This document shows positions 1 through 10,188 of a stretch of 64,000 nt of DNA, in pieces (the stretch's first letter is position 1; each line of letters opens with the position of its first letter). Position numbers and translations under genes: made by a program. Location of the stretch: assembly GCA_947311475.1 (NCBI GenBank), contig CAMZLK010000056.1, forward strand, positions 33,765 through 97,764, in the 5' to 3' direction. Source of the stretch: an uncultured Desulfocapsa sp. Lineage in GTDB: Bacteria > Desulfobacterota > Desulfobulbia > Desulfobulbales > Desulfocapsaceae. The notes under the pieces were generated by a model. That model saw nothing but the letters and a program-made list of their open reading frames with translations. It had not been told where the DNA came from and made no database searches.

Positions 1-378
1 AACAAACAATCCATTGAACCCACAGAAAAAGCGTTACGTACAATTATAAAAAAGACCAAGGCAAAAACCATCCTTATTACTCATCTTGTAAATAATACGG
101 AAAAAGCCTTTTTTATACCTTCCTCTGTTTTGATAGGAACTAACTCATACGACAGATTATACAGCTATTTCCCCTTTATCCATCATTCTGTTGCATCCTC
201 TGGAAGTTTTGTGAGTACAAGAAAAGTAATACTTGAGACGAGTTTGTATGATGTTGAAACTGAAAAATTAATCTGGGCTGCCCGTACCAAATCGATAGAT
301 CCCGTGATGACACGAAAATATTATCAACAGCTTATTGATCTGTTTTTAAAGGATTTAAGTAACAAGAACATACTCTAA
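1..378 (+). CDS. Hypothetical protein, C-terminal part (5' end lies before the window)
   Basis: Frame 1 is open from base 1 (NKQSIEPTEKALRTII...) through the listed 130..378 ORF to TAA. No family recognised. Confidence 0.6.
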   Translation, partial: NKQSIEPTEKALRTIIKKTKAKTILITHLVNNTEKAFFIPSSVLIGTNSYDRLYSYFPFIHHSVASSGSFVSTRKVILETSLYDVETEKLIWAARTKSIDPVMTRKYYQQLIDLFLKDLSNKNIL

Positions 379-409
379 CAAATAAAATAGATACATTTGA
401 GGAAACGTA

Positions 410-598
410 ATGACCTTTCACTGCAAAAATTACGATATAGTCAAAGATAAGTGCAAACGTCTTCATGGGGAATGTGTTCCTGGACGTCGTGGCTGTGTTG
501 TGGAGGGAAGAGTTGCCTTGAGCGAGGAACTTGAAAAAAAAATTAAAGCGCTCGATGGAACCCTCTCTGATGAATTCCTGAAATCGTTAAAAAGATAG
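410..598 (+). CDS. Small Cys-rich hypothetical protein (62 aa)
   Basis: GAGG RBS upstream of ATG. Four Cys (C5, CKR, CVPGRRGC) followed by a charged helical tail. Confidence 0.6.
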   Translation: MTFHCKNYDIVKDKCKRLHGECVPGRRGCVVEGRVALSEELEKKIKALDGTLSDEFLKSLKR

Positions 599-665
599 AA
601 ACAGCTGTCAACCTCTGCAATCATAGATCAACAACTGTTCCAATTTTGCTACATATCCTTTCCTG

Positions 666-1583
666 TCACGACTGTGCACTGCGCTTTTGTTTTTTCGCAA
701 AATTGGCCGCTTCCATTCCAGCAACACAGCCCTCTCCCACCGCTTTCGCCATCTGATATGGATGACCGGTAATATCTCCCGCTGCATATACTCCAGGAAC
801 ACTTGTTTCTGTTTTCTTATTCGCATCGATATGACTCATTGTGTCCATATCCAACTGCACTCCAATTTCAAGGGCCAGTTCCATGGCACCTTTGGCGCCA
901 AGTTCTATAAAAACGCCATCAAGGTCAATCTCATTACCGTTTTCCAGTATAAGCGTTTTCACATCACCATCGCCTGCGATTTCACTCACCCAGGTGCCGT
1001 TGACATTTTCAACAGAAGATTCATCGAGTTTAGTAATTAATTCTTTGGAAGCGAGTAGTTCCTGGTTCACAAGATATACTTTAGAGGCATATCCTGTAAG
1101 TGTGAGCGCTCCATCTATTGCAGCACTGGCATTTCCGACCACTGCGACAATTGCATTTCTATAAAAATTAGCATCGCAATCGACACAATAAGAGACACCC
1201 CGTCCAAAAAATTCCTTCTCTCCAGGTACCTTTAATTTCTTCCTGGCTGTTCCATTTGCAAAAATTATGGTTCTGGTTGAAACAGTCGCTCCGCTTTCAA
1301 GCTCCAGTGTAAAACCTTTATCAGCCTGATGAACTTTTAAGACATCATCTTCCATCACCTGCGCACCAAAACGTTTCACCTGTTCGATTCCTGCAACGAG
1401 CATTTCTTCCCCGGTTTTCACCCCTTCCACACAGGCATAATTTTCAACATGTGCAGAAAAGAGGGCACTTCGTTCAATTCTACCAAGGAGCAGAACCTCA
1501 CATTTCTTGCGAACAGCATGGATGGCTGCCTGAATACCGGCAGGTCCTGCACCAATAACAACCACGTCTAGTTTTTCATTCAT
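666..1583 (-). CDS. trxB: Thioredoxin reductase-like NAD(P)/FAD disulfide oxidoreductase
   Basis: GAGPAG FAD motif, GVSYCVDCD redox CxxC, second Rossmann motif, GVYAAGD at the C-terminus. Confidence 0.88.
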   Translation of the reverse strand: MNEKLDVVVIGAGPAGIQAAIHAVRKKCEVLLLGRIERSALFSAHVENYACVEGVKTGEEMLVAGIEQVKRFGAQVMEDDVLKVHQADKGFTLELESGATVSTRTIIFANGTARKKLKVPGEKEFFGRGVSYCVDCDANFYRNAIVAVVGNASAAIDGALTLTGYASKVYLVNQELLASKELITKLDESSVENVNGTWVSEIAGDGDVKTLILENGNEIDLDGVFIELGAKGAMELALEIGVQLDMDTMSHIDANKKTETSVPGVYAAGDITGHPYQMAKAVGEGCVAGMEAANFAKKQKRSAQS

Positions 1584-1716
1584 CGTTGACTCCCAAAAAT
1601 ATAAAAAGCAAATAAAAGAACGACTTCTTGATAAAAAAGCGCATTCCTCTTGAATTTTGTGTTAAATTGTCATAAAGCTAAGAACCTTTGTTGCAAGCTA
1701 CTGGTATTTTATTACA

Positions 1717-1855
1717 CTAACACGGGTAAACTGCAAGTAAGTGCCTCGAAGGTCTCTCTTCGTTCGCTATCTGTTGCTATTCGTAACATTTTGATATTGT
1801 TTTACTCTCATATATTCTTGTTTTTTATTGCTGGAATTATGGAGTGAGACACTAA
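1717..1855 (+). repeat. Dispersed intergenic repeat family A, copy 1
   Basis: CTAAC(A)C(GG)GTAAACTGCAAGTAAGTGCC...ATATTCTTGTTTTTTATTGCTGGAATTATGGAGTGAGACACTAA, matching copies at 14779, 33401, 44391 and 46746. Confidence 0.85.
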
Positions 1856-1922
1856 AAACGGTAATAAAAAAACAAGATATTCTATAGCTCTATTAAGCTC
1901 AAAAGGCAAATGTCCACACCAG

Positions 1923-2025
1923 GAGCCTGTCCGGGAATGGCTATTCTGTTTATAGTCGAAGAATTTTCAAAGGATAAGCACAGGCATTCATTTGAAATTA
2001 CGAACATTATTTCCTGAAATTTCAA
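1923..2025 (+). repeat. Repeat family B (IS5-like MITE), partial degenerate copy
   Basis: GAGCCTGTCCGGGAAT end and TCGAAGAATTTTCA core shared with 39922-40083 and 46629. The right end is approximate. Confidence 0.65.
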
Positions 2026-2106
2026 GCCATTTTACTTATTATTCACCAGTATTAACGCATAAAACCTTATAATAAAATAGTCCCTTTAATCCGTCAATCT
2101 ATCATC

Positions 2107-3345
2107 ATGGACACACAATTCCCAAGAATAGTTATAACAGGTGTTGGACTCGCAGCACCAAACGCCGACAATCTCAAGACCTACCGTGAAAAGCTCTTAA
2201 ACGGTATCAGTGAGACCAGAGAACTGGATCTTCGCTATTTCGGAAAAGCACCAGCCGGAATTTGTGATTTTGATGAAACCAGGTATAGAAAGAAAAAAGA
2301 AAATAAGCGCGGCACTCGTGCAGGATGTTTCGGAGTGTACTGTGCAAATGAAGCACTTGTTGATGCCGGTCTTTCAATCGACCACTATAGGCGTTCCCGT
2401 ATTGGCGTCTATGTTGGCCTCACCGAACATGGTACTGTGGAGACTGAGAATGAGGTCTATAACATCAGCCAGTATGAATATAATGTTGATTACTGGACTC
2501 ACCACCACAATCCAAGAACTGTACTGAACAATCCTGCTGGTGAGATCACCATGAATTTAGGTATCACCGGCCCCCACTACGTCATTGGTGCTGCCTGTGC
2601 TGCTGGAAATGCCTCCCTTATCCAAGGCGTACAGATGATTACTCTTGGTGAAGTTGATATGGCACTGGCCGGTGGTATTTCAGAATCAACAGGTTCCTTT
2701 GGTATATTTGCAAGCTTTCAGGCACAGGGAGCCTTGGGCTCTGCAACAGATCCACGTGAGGCCTGCAGGCCATTTGATATGTCCCGTGACGGTATTGTCG
2801 TTTCTGAAGGCGCCTGTATTTATGTTCTTGAAAAACTGGAAAGCGCACTTGAACGAGGGGCTACAATTTATGCTGAAATAGCAGGTTATGCAATTAACTC
2901 CGATGCCAAAGACTATGTTCTCCCCTTTTATGAAAGACAGGCCGAGTGTATGGAGCTTGCCATGGAAAGAGCTAAACTCACCCCAGATGACATAGATATC
3001 CTTAATACACATGCAACTGGTACAAAACAGGGTGATATTGAGGAATGTAAAGCCATCCGCCAAGTATTTGGGGATGGGAAAAATACGTATATTAATAATA
3101 CCAAATCCATTATCGGCCATGCAATGGGAGCAGCCGGTGTCCTCGAACTTGCCGGAAACCTGCCCGCATTCACTGATAATCTTGTTCATCCATCCATCAA
3201 TTGCAAAGATCTCGATCCTGAATGCAAACTCAACAACATGGTTCTCGACAAGCCAGTTCAGCTTAAATCAGTTGATACAATATTAAATAATTCATTTGGG
3301 ATGGTTGGTATCAACTCCGTAATCATTGTTAAAAAGCACCAATAA
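2107..3345 (+). CDS. fabF: Beta-ketoacyl-ACP synthase II (KAS II)
   Basis: GAACAAGN catalytic Cys, HATGT and GHAMGAAG His motifs, PFD..RDG.V.SEGA, NNSFG. Confidence 0.9.
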   Translation: MDTQFPRIVITGVGLAAPNADNLKTYREKLLNGISETRELDLRYFGKAPAGICDFDETRYRKKKENKRGTRAGCFGVYCANEALVDAGLSIDHYRRSRIGVYVGLTEHGTVETENEVYNISQYEYNVDYWTHHHNPRTVLNNPAGEITMNLGITGPHYVIGAACAAGNASLIQGVQMITLGEVDMALAGGISESTGSFGIFASFQAQGALGSATDPREACRPFDMSRDGIVVSEGACIYVLEKLESALERGATIYAEIAGYAINSDAKDYVLPFYERQAECMELAMERAKLTPDDIDILNTHATGTKQGDIEECKAIRQVFGDGKNTYINNTKSIIGHAMGAAGVLELAGNLPAFTDNLVHPSINCKDLDPECKLNNMVLDKPVQLKSVDTILNNSFGMVGINSVIIVKKHQ

Positions 3346-3500
3346 TCAACAGGTTCCCGACAATATCTATTTTTCTTAAAAAAAAAGAAAAATATATATA
3401 AAAAAATACTCCCGGTGTGGTATATTGCGCAATTTGTCTACGCAGATTTATTTTATTTGTTTTAATCCATACTATACAGGCCACGGCCGGAGACACATAT

Positions 3501-3752
3501 ATGACACGTGATGCAATTAAGGATCTCATCCTTGAAATTATAGAAGATATTGACGAAGATGCCGATTTCGAGACTCTGCAGGCCGATAAACCTCTGCGTG
3601 ATCAGTTGGACCTGGATTCGATGGATTTTCTTGATATTGTCATGGAGTTGCGTAAACGTCACAAACTACAGATACCTGAAGAAGATTATCCACAGCTTGC
3701 AACCCTCGACTCATGTGTTAATTACCTGGAACCGTTGCTTGTTGACGCATAA
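3501..3752 (+). CDS. Acyl carrier protein
   Basis: LDLDSMDFLDIV phosphopantetheine Ser motif. Acidic 83 aa from ATG 3501 (GGAG upstream); the ORF-track start at 3417 is an over-extension. Confidence 0.9.
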   Translation: MTRDAIKDLILEIIEDIDEDADFETLQADKPLRDQLDLDSMDFLDIVMELRKRHKLQIPEEDYPQLATLDSCVNYLEPLLVDA

Positions 3753-3755
3753 AAA

Positions 3756-5141
3756 GTGCACGTCCCACTATTGATCATCGGTGGCGGTCTCTCGGGACTT
3801 GCCGCCGCTCTTCGTTTTGCCCGTTTCATTCCCGATGTCCTTCTCCTCGAACAACACGCACGAATAGGTGGACTAAACTCCTATTATTACAGAAATAACC
3901 GCCTTTTCGAAACGGGACTCCATGCCATCACAAATTATGCCCCGCCAAAACTAAAAAATGCGCCTCTAAATCGTTTACTCAGGCAGTTAAAGATCAAACG
4001 AAAAGAACTTGACCTTCATCAACAAAATCAGAGTGAAATCCGTTTTATTAATAAAGAGTCCCTGCTTTTCTCCAATGATTTTTCTCTGTTTAACGCTGAA
4101 ATTTCCTCTAAATTTCCTGCAAGCCATAACGGTTTCCAAAAACTGCTCCAGATAATTGAGCAGTACGATCCTTTTAAACCCCTGCCCTTTATATCAGCAA
4201 GAAAAATTATTCAGGAACATCTACAGAACGAACTATTGACAGACATGCTCCTCTGTCCGCTCATGTTTTATGGATCATCAATCGAAAATGATATGGATTT
4301 TGGTCAATTTGTCATCATGTTTCAGGCTATTTTTATTGAAGGCATGTTCAGACCAGGTGGAACCATAAAAGACCTTCTTGATCTATTACTTAAACATTAT
4401 ACCTCTCATGGAGGGAAAATAAAAACCAGGGCATCTGTTAAACATATCCTTCACACCGGTAAAACTGTTCATGGGGTTCGCCTCGGTAACGATGAAGAGA
4501 TCACCTGTGACTATATCTTATCTACAATTGGCTCTGAAGAAACATTCAGCCTGCTCGATGAGCCATCAGGACTCGATGTTCTTCCAAGGCTTGGTTTTGT
4601 TGAGACAATCTTTGAGTTACAACCGGATACAACCTTACAACAGGGATACGATCGTACTATTATTTTTTATAATGCAGCTGACAGATTTGAATACCGGCAA
4701 CCTCAAACAGTGGTTGATTTTAATTCAGGCGTCATATGCATGCCTCAAAACTTTCAAGGTCTGCCCCTAGCATCTTTTAAAGAGGTTCGTACAACCCATC
4801 TTGCAAACTATAATGAATGGAAACAGCTACCAAGAAAATCCGATTCATATAAGGCCGCAAAAGATGATACGGCCCTAATGTCCCTTTCAATGGCTGAGAA
4901 AATCCTTGGTAATTTCACTCAAAACATAGTATATCGTGATACCTTCACACCACTTACAATTAAGCACTTTACAGCCAAAAAAAGCGGTGCGATTTACGGG
5001 AACCCCGTAAAGATAAAAGATGGTGATATTGGATATGACAATCTCTACATAGCAGGCACTGACCAGGGTTTTCTTGGAATTATCGGTTCCATGCTGAGCG
5101 GGGTGTCCATCGTGAATCAACATATCCTGCCTCGCCTGTAA
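3756..5141 (+). CDS. Phytoene desaturase (CrtI)-family FAD-dependent oxidoreductase 1
   Basis: GGGLSGL, EQH.RIGG, FTP.T...FT...GAIYG, LYIAG..QG..GI.GSM.SG motifs. Confidence 0.82.
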   Translation: MHVPLLIIGGGLSGLAAALRFARFIPDVLLLEQHARIGGLNSYYYRNNRLFETGLHAITNYAPPKLKNAPLNRLLRQLKIKRKELDLHQQNQSEIRFINKESLLFSNDFSLFNAEISSKFPASHNGFQKLLQIIEQYDPFKPLPFISARKIIQEHLQNELLTDMLLCPLMFYGSSIENDMDFGQFVIMFQAIFIEGMFRPGGTIKDLLDLLLKHYTSHGGKIKTRASVKHILHTGKTVHGVRLGNDEEITCDYILSTIGSEETFSLLDEPSGLDVLPRLGFVETIFELQPDTTLQQGYDRTIIFYNAADRFEYRQPQTVVDFNSGVICMPQNFQGLPLASFKEVRTTHLANYNEWKQLPRKSDSYKAAKDDTALMSLSMAEKILGNFTQNIVYRDTFTPLTIKHFTAKKSGAIYGNPVKIKDGDIGYDNLYIAGTDQGFLGIIGSMLSGVSIVNQHILPRL

Positions 5142-5170
5142 CTCTCACCTACAAAACCAATAATTTTATT

Positions 5171-6580
5171 ATGCCTGTTTCTTTTTCCAAAGCTGCGGAT
5201 AAATATGATGTTGTCGTTATAGGTTCAGGCCTTGGCGGTCTCACCTCTGCCAACCGACTTGTCTATTGCGGTTACAGTGTCCTTCTTCTCGAATATCATA
5301 GTCAACTCGGTGGTCTTGCTACCTGGTTTAAACGAAAAGGACATATTTTCGATGTGTCTCTCCATGGATTTCCATACGGGATGGTTAAAACCTGCAGGAA
5401 ATATTGGAACAAGGAGATTATGAACTCCATCGTTCAACTGAAAGATATCATTTTTGACAATCCTCAGTTTCATTTGAAAACCACTTTTGACCGGGTAGAT
5501 TTCACAAGCAAACTCAACAAACAGTTCAAGGTTCCCCAATCAACCATCGATGCCTTTTTTACACGTGTTGCCGGCATGAATTTTTATGATGATCAATCCA
5601 TGACCACGAGAGAACTGTTTGAAGAATTCTTCCCCGGTCGTAGTGATGTACATCGCCTGCTCATGGAACCAATCAGTTACGCAAACGGTTCAACCCTCGA
5701 CGATCCCGCCATTACCTATGGTATCGTATTCTCCAACTTTATGAACAAAGGAGTTTTTACCTTTGAAGGAGGGACGGACAAACTCATTGGTATGATGACC
5801 ACGGAACTTGAAAACAATGGTGTCACCATCTGCACCAAAGCCAAGGTTGACAGAATTGTTGTGGACAAAGGAGTGGTAAGAGGAATTGAATGCCAGGGAA
5901 GAATGATTGAAGCTGGGGCCGTTGTCTCTAACTCAGGGATTACCAATACCATCTACAATCTTACAGATAAAGATGCCTTTTCTCTTGAGTTTATGGAAAA
6001 AGCTGACAAGATCCGGGTTAATAATTCTTCCTGTCAGGTGTATATGGGTGTAAAAAAAGGAGATAAAATAGACGACATTGGTGATCTTCTTTTTACTTCT
6101 ACTGCTGAAGAGTTTGACTCAAGTGAACTCCGTGATTTTAAAACAGAATCAAAAACATTTTCTGTTTATTACCCCAAAACCAGACCCGACCATGATCGTT
6201 ACACCATCGTAGCCTCAATGAATGCAAACTATGCAGACTGGGACAATTTCACAGATGAAGAATATGAGAACGAAAAAGAGGCTCTTATTCAACGTACACT
6301 TATTGACCTGAATCGCTATTTTCCAAATGCCAAAGATCGCCTTGATTGGATAGAAGCTGCAACGCCAAGGACGTTCAATCGCTACACCCTCCATACCCAG
6401 GGCACATCCTTTGGAACTAAATTTGAAGGTCTTGATGTATCCAGGTCCATATTTAAAGAAGTGAATGGTCTGTTTCATGTTGGCTCTGTTGGTATTATTA
6501 TGTCAGGCTGGCTTGGAGCTATCAACTATGGCGTTATAGTATCAAACGATGTCGATGCTTATATGAGAAGTAAGGATTAA
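5171..6580 (+). CDS. Phytoene desaturase (CrtI)-family FAD-dependent oxidoreductase 2
   Basis: GSGLGGL, EYH.QLGG, ATPRTF.RYT....TSFG, LFHVGS..I..SG..GA motifs. Confidence 0.82.
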   Translation: MPVSFSKAADKYDVVVIGSGLGGLTSANRLVYCGYSVLLLEYHSQLGGLATWFKRKGHIFDVSLHGFPYGMVKTCRKYWNKEIMNSIVQLKDIIFDNPQFHLKTTFDRVDFTSKLNKQFKVPQSTIDAFFTRVAGMNFYDDQSMTTRELFEEFFPGRSDVHRLLMEPISYANGSTLDDPAITYGIVFSNFMNKGVFTFEGGTDKLIGMMTTELENNGVTICTKAKVDRIVVDKGVVRGIECQGRMIEAGAVVSNSGITNTIYNLTDKDAFSLEFMEKADKIRVNNSSCQVYMGVKKGDKIDDIGDLLFTSTAEEFDSSELRDFKTESKTFSVYYPKTRPDHDRYTIVASMNANYADWDNFTDEEYENEKEALIQRTLIDLNRYFPNAKDRLDWIEAATPRTFNRYTLHTQGTSFGTKFEGLDVSRSIFKEVNGLFHVGSVGIIMSGWLGAINYGVIVSNDVDAYMRSKD

Positions 6581-6585
6581 ACAAA

Positions 6586-7326
6586 ATGCATGATTTCACA
6601 GGACAAAAAGTTGTAATCAGTGGTGCAAGCCGTGGTATTGGCAAAGCAATCAGCCTCGCCTTCCTTGAATGTGGTGCAACAGTCATTGGTCTTTATGCCG
6701 GAAACACTGAAGCAGCTGACGCGTTCCACAAAGAATGCCTTCATTTTAATGACAAGCTGCAACTCCATAAATGCGATGTTTCAGATAACATCCAGGTTGA
6801 AAAATTTTTCAAAAACATAGAAGAACAATATGATACCATCGACGTTCTTGTGAATAATGCTGGAGTGAGGCGTGATAAGCTGCTGGCACTGATGGATCAA
6901 ACAAGCTGGCAGCAGGTTATTAATATAAACCTCACCGGAACATTCAACATGTGCCGTAATGCTGTGATGCTCATGCTGAAACAAAAATATGGCCGTATAA
7001 TAAATATCACATCACCAGTAGCTACCTTAGGCTTTGCCGGACAAACGAATTATGGTGCCTCAAAGGCCGGACAAATTGGTCTTAGCAGAAGCCTCTGCAA
7101 GGAGGTTGCACGAAAAAAAATTACTGTCAATTGTGTTTCACCTGGATTTATAGACACGGAACTCATTGAAGATCTTTCCCCTGAGTTGTTAAAAGAGTAC
7201 AAGAGAAAAGTACCCATGCGTCGTTTTGGAAAACCTGCTGAAATTGCAGATGCGGTTCTTTTCCTGGCTTCCAGAAATGCTGCCTACATTAGTGGAACAG
7301 TGCTTGATGTAAACGGAGGATTGTAG
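6586..7326 (+). CDS. fabG: 3-oxoacyl-ACP reductase (SDR)
   Basis: SGASRGIG, NNAG, YGASK catalytic motif, PGFIDT. Confidence 0.9.
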   Translation: MHDFTGQKVVISGASRGIGKAISLAFLECGATVIGLYAGNTEAADAFHKECLHFNDKLQLHKCDVSDNIQVEKFFKNIEEQYDTIDVLVNNAGVRRDKLLALMDQTSWQQVININLTGTFNMCRNAVMLMLKQKYGRIINITSPVATLGFAGQTNYGASKAGQIGLSRSLCKEVARKKITVNCVSPGFIDTELIEDLSPELLKEYKRKVPMRRFGKPAEIADAVLFLASRNAAYISGTVLDVNGGL

Positions 7327-7329
7327 TGT

Positions 7330-7767
7330 ATGATTGAGGATCTGAAAGTTACAGATTTAATTCCCCATAGAACACCTTTCCTCTGGGTAGACTCCATGAT
7401 CGAATATGGCAGGTCAACACTTACTACTGAAAAACATGTCCCTGAAGACCTTGATGTTTTTAAGGGCCATTATCCAAACCATCCCATACTTCCCGGTGTA
7501 CTGTTGTGCGAAGCGATATTTCAAACGGGTGCCCTTCTCATTGCATTACTCCAGAAAGAGTCAAAGGATATCAATGAGGGCGTTCCTGTGTTAACACGCG
7601 TCCAGGGTATTAAATTTAAGCGTCCTGTTGGCCCGGGAGATACAATCCGAATGAAAGTTTCCCTGAAAGAGACTCTTGGTGGTGCCTGGTTTTTAAAAGG
7701 TACGCTACGTGTAAAAGAGAAAGTGGCTGTTCAGGTAAACTTTGCCTGTACTCTTGCCACGCTCTAA
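7330..7767 (+). CDS. fabZ: 3-hydroxyacyl-ACP dehydratase (FabZ/FabA hot-dog fold)
   Basis: IPHR.PFL.VD, FKGHYP..PILPGVLLCEA, KFKRPV.PGD. Confidence 0.88.
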   Translation: MIEDLKVTDLIPHRTPFLWVDSMIEYGRSTLTTEKHVPEDLDVFKGHYPNHPILPGVLLCEAIFQTGALLIALLQKESKDINEGVPVLTRVQGIKFKRPVGPGDTIRMKVSLKETLGGAWFLKGTLRVKEKVAVQVNFACTLATL

Positions 7768-7904
7768 TGGAAAGCAGAAGAAACCTTGAATCATTATTCA
7801 CCTGTATCTTCTGTGACAAACACAAGGCCGAATTACATGGAAAATGACATAACGCTACTGTTCTCTGCACGGCGTGTGGCATGGAAGTGTCGGCCTCTTA
7901 TTAG
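7767..7904 (+). CDS. Candidate small dual-CxxC protein with in-frame UGA (possible selenoprotein), absent from the ORF track
   Basis: ATG overlaps the fabZ stop (TAATG). Reads MESRRNLESLFTCIFCDKHKAELHGK-TGA(7845)-HNATVLCTACGMEVSASY-TAG. Weak hairpin at 7865-7879. Confidence 0.4.
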
Positions 7905-7953
7905 CAAGAGCACTAGAAGAACATATAAATAAACTTTGCCGAATGGCTGATGA

Positions 7954-7982
7954 TTGACCTTTTAATTAATCCGATATATAAA
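7954..7982 (+). promoter_or_regulatory. Sigma70-type promoter for tolQRA
   Basis: TTGACC-17 nt-TATAAA, about 50 nt upstream of the tolQ GTG. Confidence 0.5.
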
Positions 7983-8032
7983 AACTACAAGCTTCTCATT
8001 CACTTTTACCTATTTCAAAGGACTTTTCCAAA

Positions 8033-8734
8033 GTGCAACTTTCAATTTCCAATATGATCCTGCATGCCGGCCCCATGGGGCAAATGGTAATGCTGACACT
8101 ACTGATTTTTTCACTTGCCTCCTGGTCCATTATTTTCATGAAAATCAGATTATTTAAAAAAGCAGCAAACGAGACCGATGCGTTTTTGGAATCATTCTGG
8201 TCTTCCAAAACCCTAAATGATGCTGATTCTGCGGCTAAAAGCTTTTCTCTCAGCCCTGAAGCTGCTGTTTTTTCGGCGGGGTTTTCCGAGCTGCGAAAAA
8301 TTAATAAAATCAGAAACCGTAGTGACGAAGATACAAGCAACGAACCACTTGAAATGCAGCTCGCCACAATGGATAACCTGAAACGTGCCATTCGAAAAGC
8401 AGAGTCCCAGGAGATGTCAGATCTTGGAAAATCGCTTTCCTTTCTTGCCACAACCGGGTCTGCTGCCCCATTTATCGGATTGTTTGGAACGGTGTGGGGA
8501 ATCATGGCATCCTTCCATGATATTGGTATGAGAGGTTCTGCTTCGCTTGCCGTTGTTGCACCCGGTATTTCAGAGGCACTTGTCGCAACTGCCGCCGGTC
8601 TGGCGGTTGCCATCCCTGCTGTTATAGCTTATAACTATTTTGCAAACCAACTCATTGAAATAGATAATGAAATGCAGAATTTTTCCACAGACTTTCTCAA
8701 TCTTGTTGAGCGAGATCTTTTAAGCAGGGTATAA
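8033..8734 (+). CDS. tolQ: TolQ (MotA/TolQ/ExbB family)
   Basis: LATTGSAAPFIGLFGTVWGIM..F, APGISEALVATAAGLAVAIPA motifs. Confidence 0.92.
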   Translation: MQLSISNMILHAGPMGQMVMLTLLIFSLASWSIIFMKIRLFKKAANETDAFLESFWSSKTLNDADSAAKSFSLSPEAAVFSAGFSELRKINKIRNRSDEDTSNEPLEMQLATMDNLKRAIRKAESQEMSDLGKSLSFLATTGSAAPFIGLFGTVWGIMASFHDIGMRGSASLAVVAPGISEALVATAAGLAVAIPAVIAYNYFANQLIEIDNEMQNFSTDFLNLVERDLLSRV

Positions 8735-8740
8735 CAAGTC

Positions 8741-9160
8741 ATGGGAATGAATTCTTCCAGAAACAGGGGTGGCCTGGTGTCCGAAATCAACGTGACTCCT
8801 CTTGTTGATGTTATGCTTGTGCTTCTTATCATCTTCATGGTTACAGCCCCTATGATGACACAAGGACTCGAAGTCGATCTTCCTGAGACCACTGCGAAAT
8901 CCCTTAATCAAAAAGAAGAACCTGTTATTGTAACTTTGGATAAAGATGGAAACATCACACTCGGTAAAATAGAAGTAAACCAGGCAACATTTCGTCAGCA
9001 ACTGCAAAAATCACATGGCAAAGACACGGAACAACCCATTTTTCTAAAAGCTGACAAGGCAGTTCCTTACGGAATGGTTGTCGCTATTATGGCTGATATC
9101 AAGGCTGCCGGATTTGAGAAACTCGGCATGATCACTCTCCCAAAAGATGAGACCCGCTAA
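8741..9160 (+). CDS. tolR: TolR (ExbD/TolR family)
   Basis: EINVTPLVDVMLVLLIIFMVTAP, ADKAVPYG. Confidence 0.92.
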   Translation: MGMNSSRNRGGLVSEINVTPLVDVMLVLLIIFMVTAPMMTQGLEVDLPETTAKSLNQKEEPVIVTLDKDGNITLGKIEVNQATFRQQLQKSHGKDTEQPIFLKADKAVPYGMVVAIMADIKAAGFEKLGMITLPKDETR

Positions 9161-9162
9161 TT

Positions 9163-10089
9163 GTGTTCGAAAACAGAAGAATAACTTCTGAGTCAATCGG
9201 ATGGAAAATCCCACTCAACCTGGCGATTCTGTTCCATATTCTTGTGATTTCTTCGGCTATCATAGTACCTAAATTTCTTGAAAAAAAGATCATTATCCCA
9301 GAATTTTTAACAGTCGATCTGGTTACTGTAGCAGCCCCACTTCCTCCTCCGGTTGCCGAGCCAGCGAAACAAAGGCCGGCATCCCTCGTTAAAACCGCAA
9401 AACCTGCTGCCAGCAAACCAAAACCAAAGATCGTTAAAGCGAAGATTACTGCTCCAATTGCACCAGTAATCGCCGAGACACCTGTGCCAGTTCCTGTTAA
9501 GGCAATTTCAATTAAACCTATAAAACGAAAGATCAAAAAAAAGATTCTCCCTGATACAACTGCTGCCGATGCTAGAAGAGAAAGAAAGGCCGAACAACAA
9601 CGTCAACTCTTGGAGAAACAGCGTCAGCGCTTATTGCACGAAGCTCAACGTGCCAAAGCTCTTGCTGAAGCTGAAGAAGCCGCTGCAAAAGATGCGGTGA
9701 ATGCTTTAAAACAGTTGTACCGTGCTGATTCGGCAGCCATATCAACTTCTAGAGTCATAAAACCATCAAACAACCGGACAGGCGGTAACCCAAGCAACAT
9801 TATTGAACGGCAATATCAGGCAGCCATTAATAACCAGCTAAACGAACATTGGTCCTCACCCATCACGAATGCATTAAATTCTGATCTTTCAGCACGGGTA
9901 GTCATAACAATTGCCAAAAATGGTAACATCATAGACGTGCAGTTTGAAAACCGTTCAGGAGACAGGGTCTTTGACCAATTTGTAAATCGAGCTATTCAAG
10001 AGTCCAATCCTTTACCGCCTATTCCACCAGCCATGCATGTTCAACAGTACCACATTGGAAGTCGGTTTAGGCCAGGAAAAATTCAGTAA
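9163..10089 (+). CDS. tolA: TolA/TonB-family energy transducer
   Basis: N-terminal TM helix with His (ILFHILV), Pro/Lys-rich linker, coiled coil, C-terminal SG...FD..V.RAI..S.PLP domain; lies between tolR and tolB. Confidence 0.8.
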   Translation: MFENRRITSESIGWKIPLNLAILFHILVISSAIIVPKFLEKKIIIPEFLTVDLVTVAAPLPPPVAEPAKQRPASLVKTAKPAASKPKPKIVKAKITAPIAPVIAETPVPVPVKAISIKPIKRKIKKKILPDTTAADARRERKAEQQRQLLEKQRQRLLHEAQRAKALAEAEEAAAKDAVNALKQLYRADSAAISTSRVIKPSNNRTGGNPSNIIERQYQAAINNQLNEHWSSPITNALNSDLSARVVITIAKNGNIIDVQFENRSGDRVFDQFVNRAIQESNPLPPIPPAMHVQQYHIGSRFRPGKIQ

Positions 10090-10116
10090 GGAATATTATT
10101 CTTTCCTTAAAAGGGG

Positions 10117-10144
10117 TTGACTGCTGGTATGAACCTTTTATAAT
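10117..10144 (+). promoter_or_regulatory. Sigma70-type promoter for tolB-cpoB-tlyA
   Basis: TTGACT-16 nt-TATAAT, 44 nt upstream of the tolB ATG. Confidence 0.55.
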
Positions 10145-10188
10145 CGTAGCAAAAGAATTCTTCGTTTCCTCAACATCATCTAACTACA

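Noticed and set aside
3756-6580. Carotenoid biosynthesis
   Set aside because: There is no phytoene synthase or prenyltransferase; the CrtI-like genes sit between ACP and fabG.
7996-8613. Long antisense or alternate-frame ORFs (also 2686..3189, 17284..17757, 25853..26380, 40568..41212, 55760..56209)
   Set aside because: They are shadows of well-supported genes, with no motifs or RBS.
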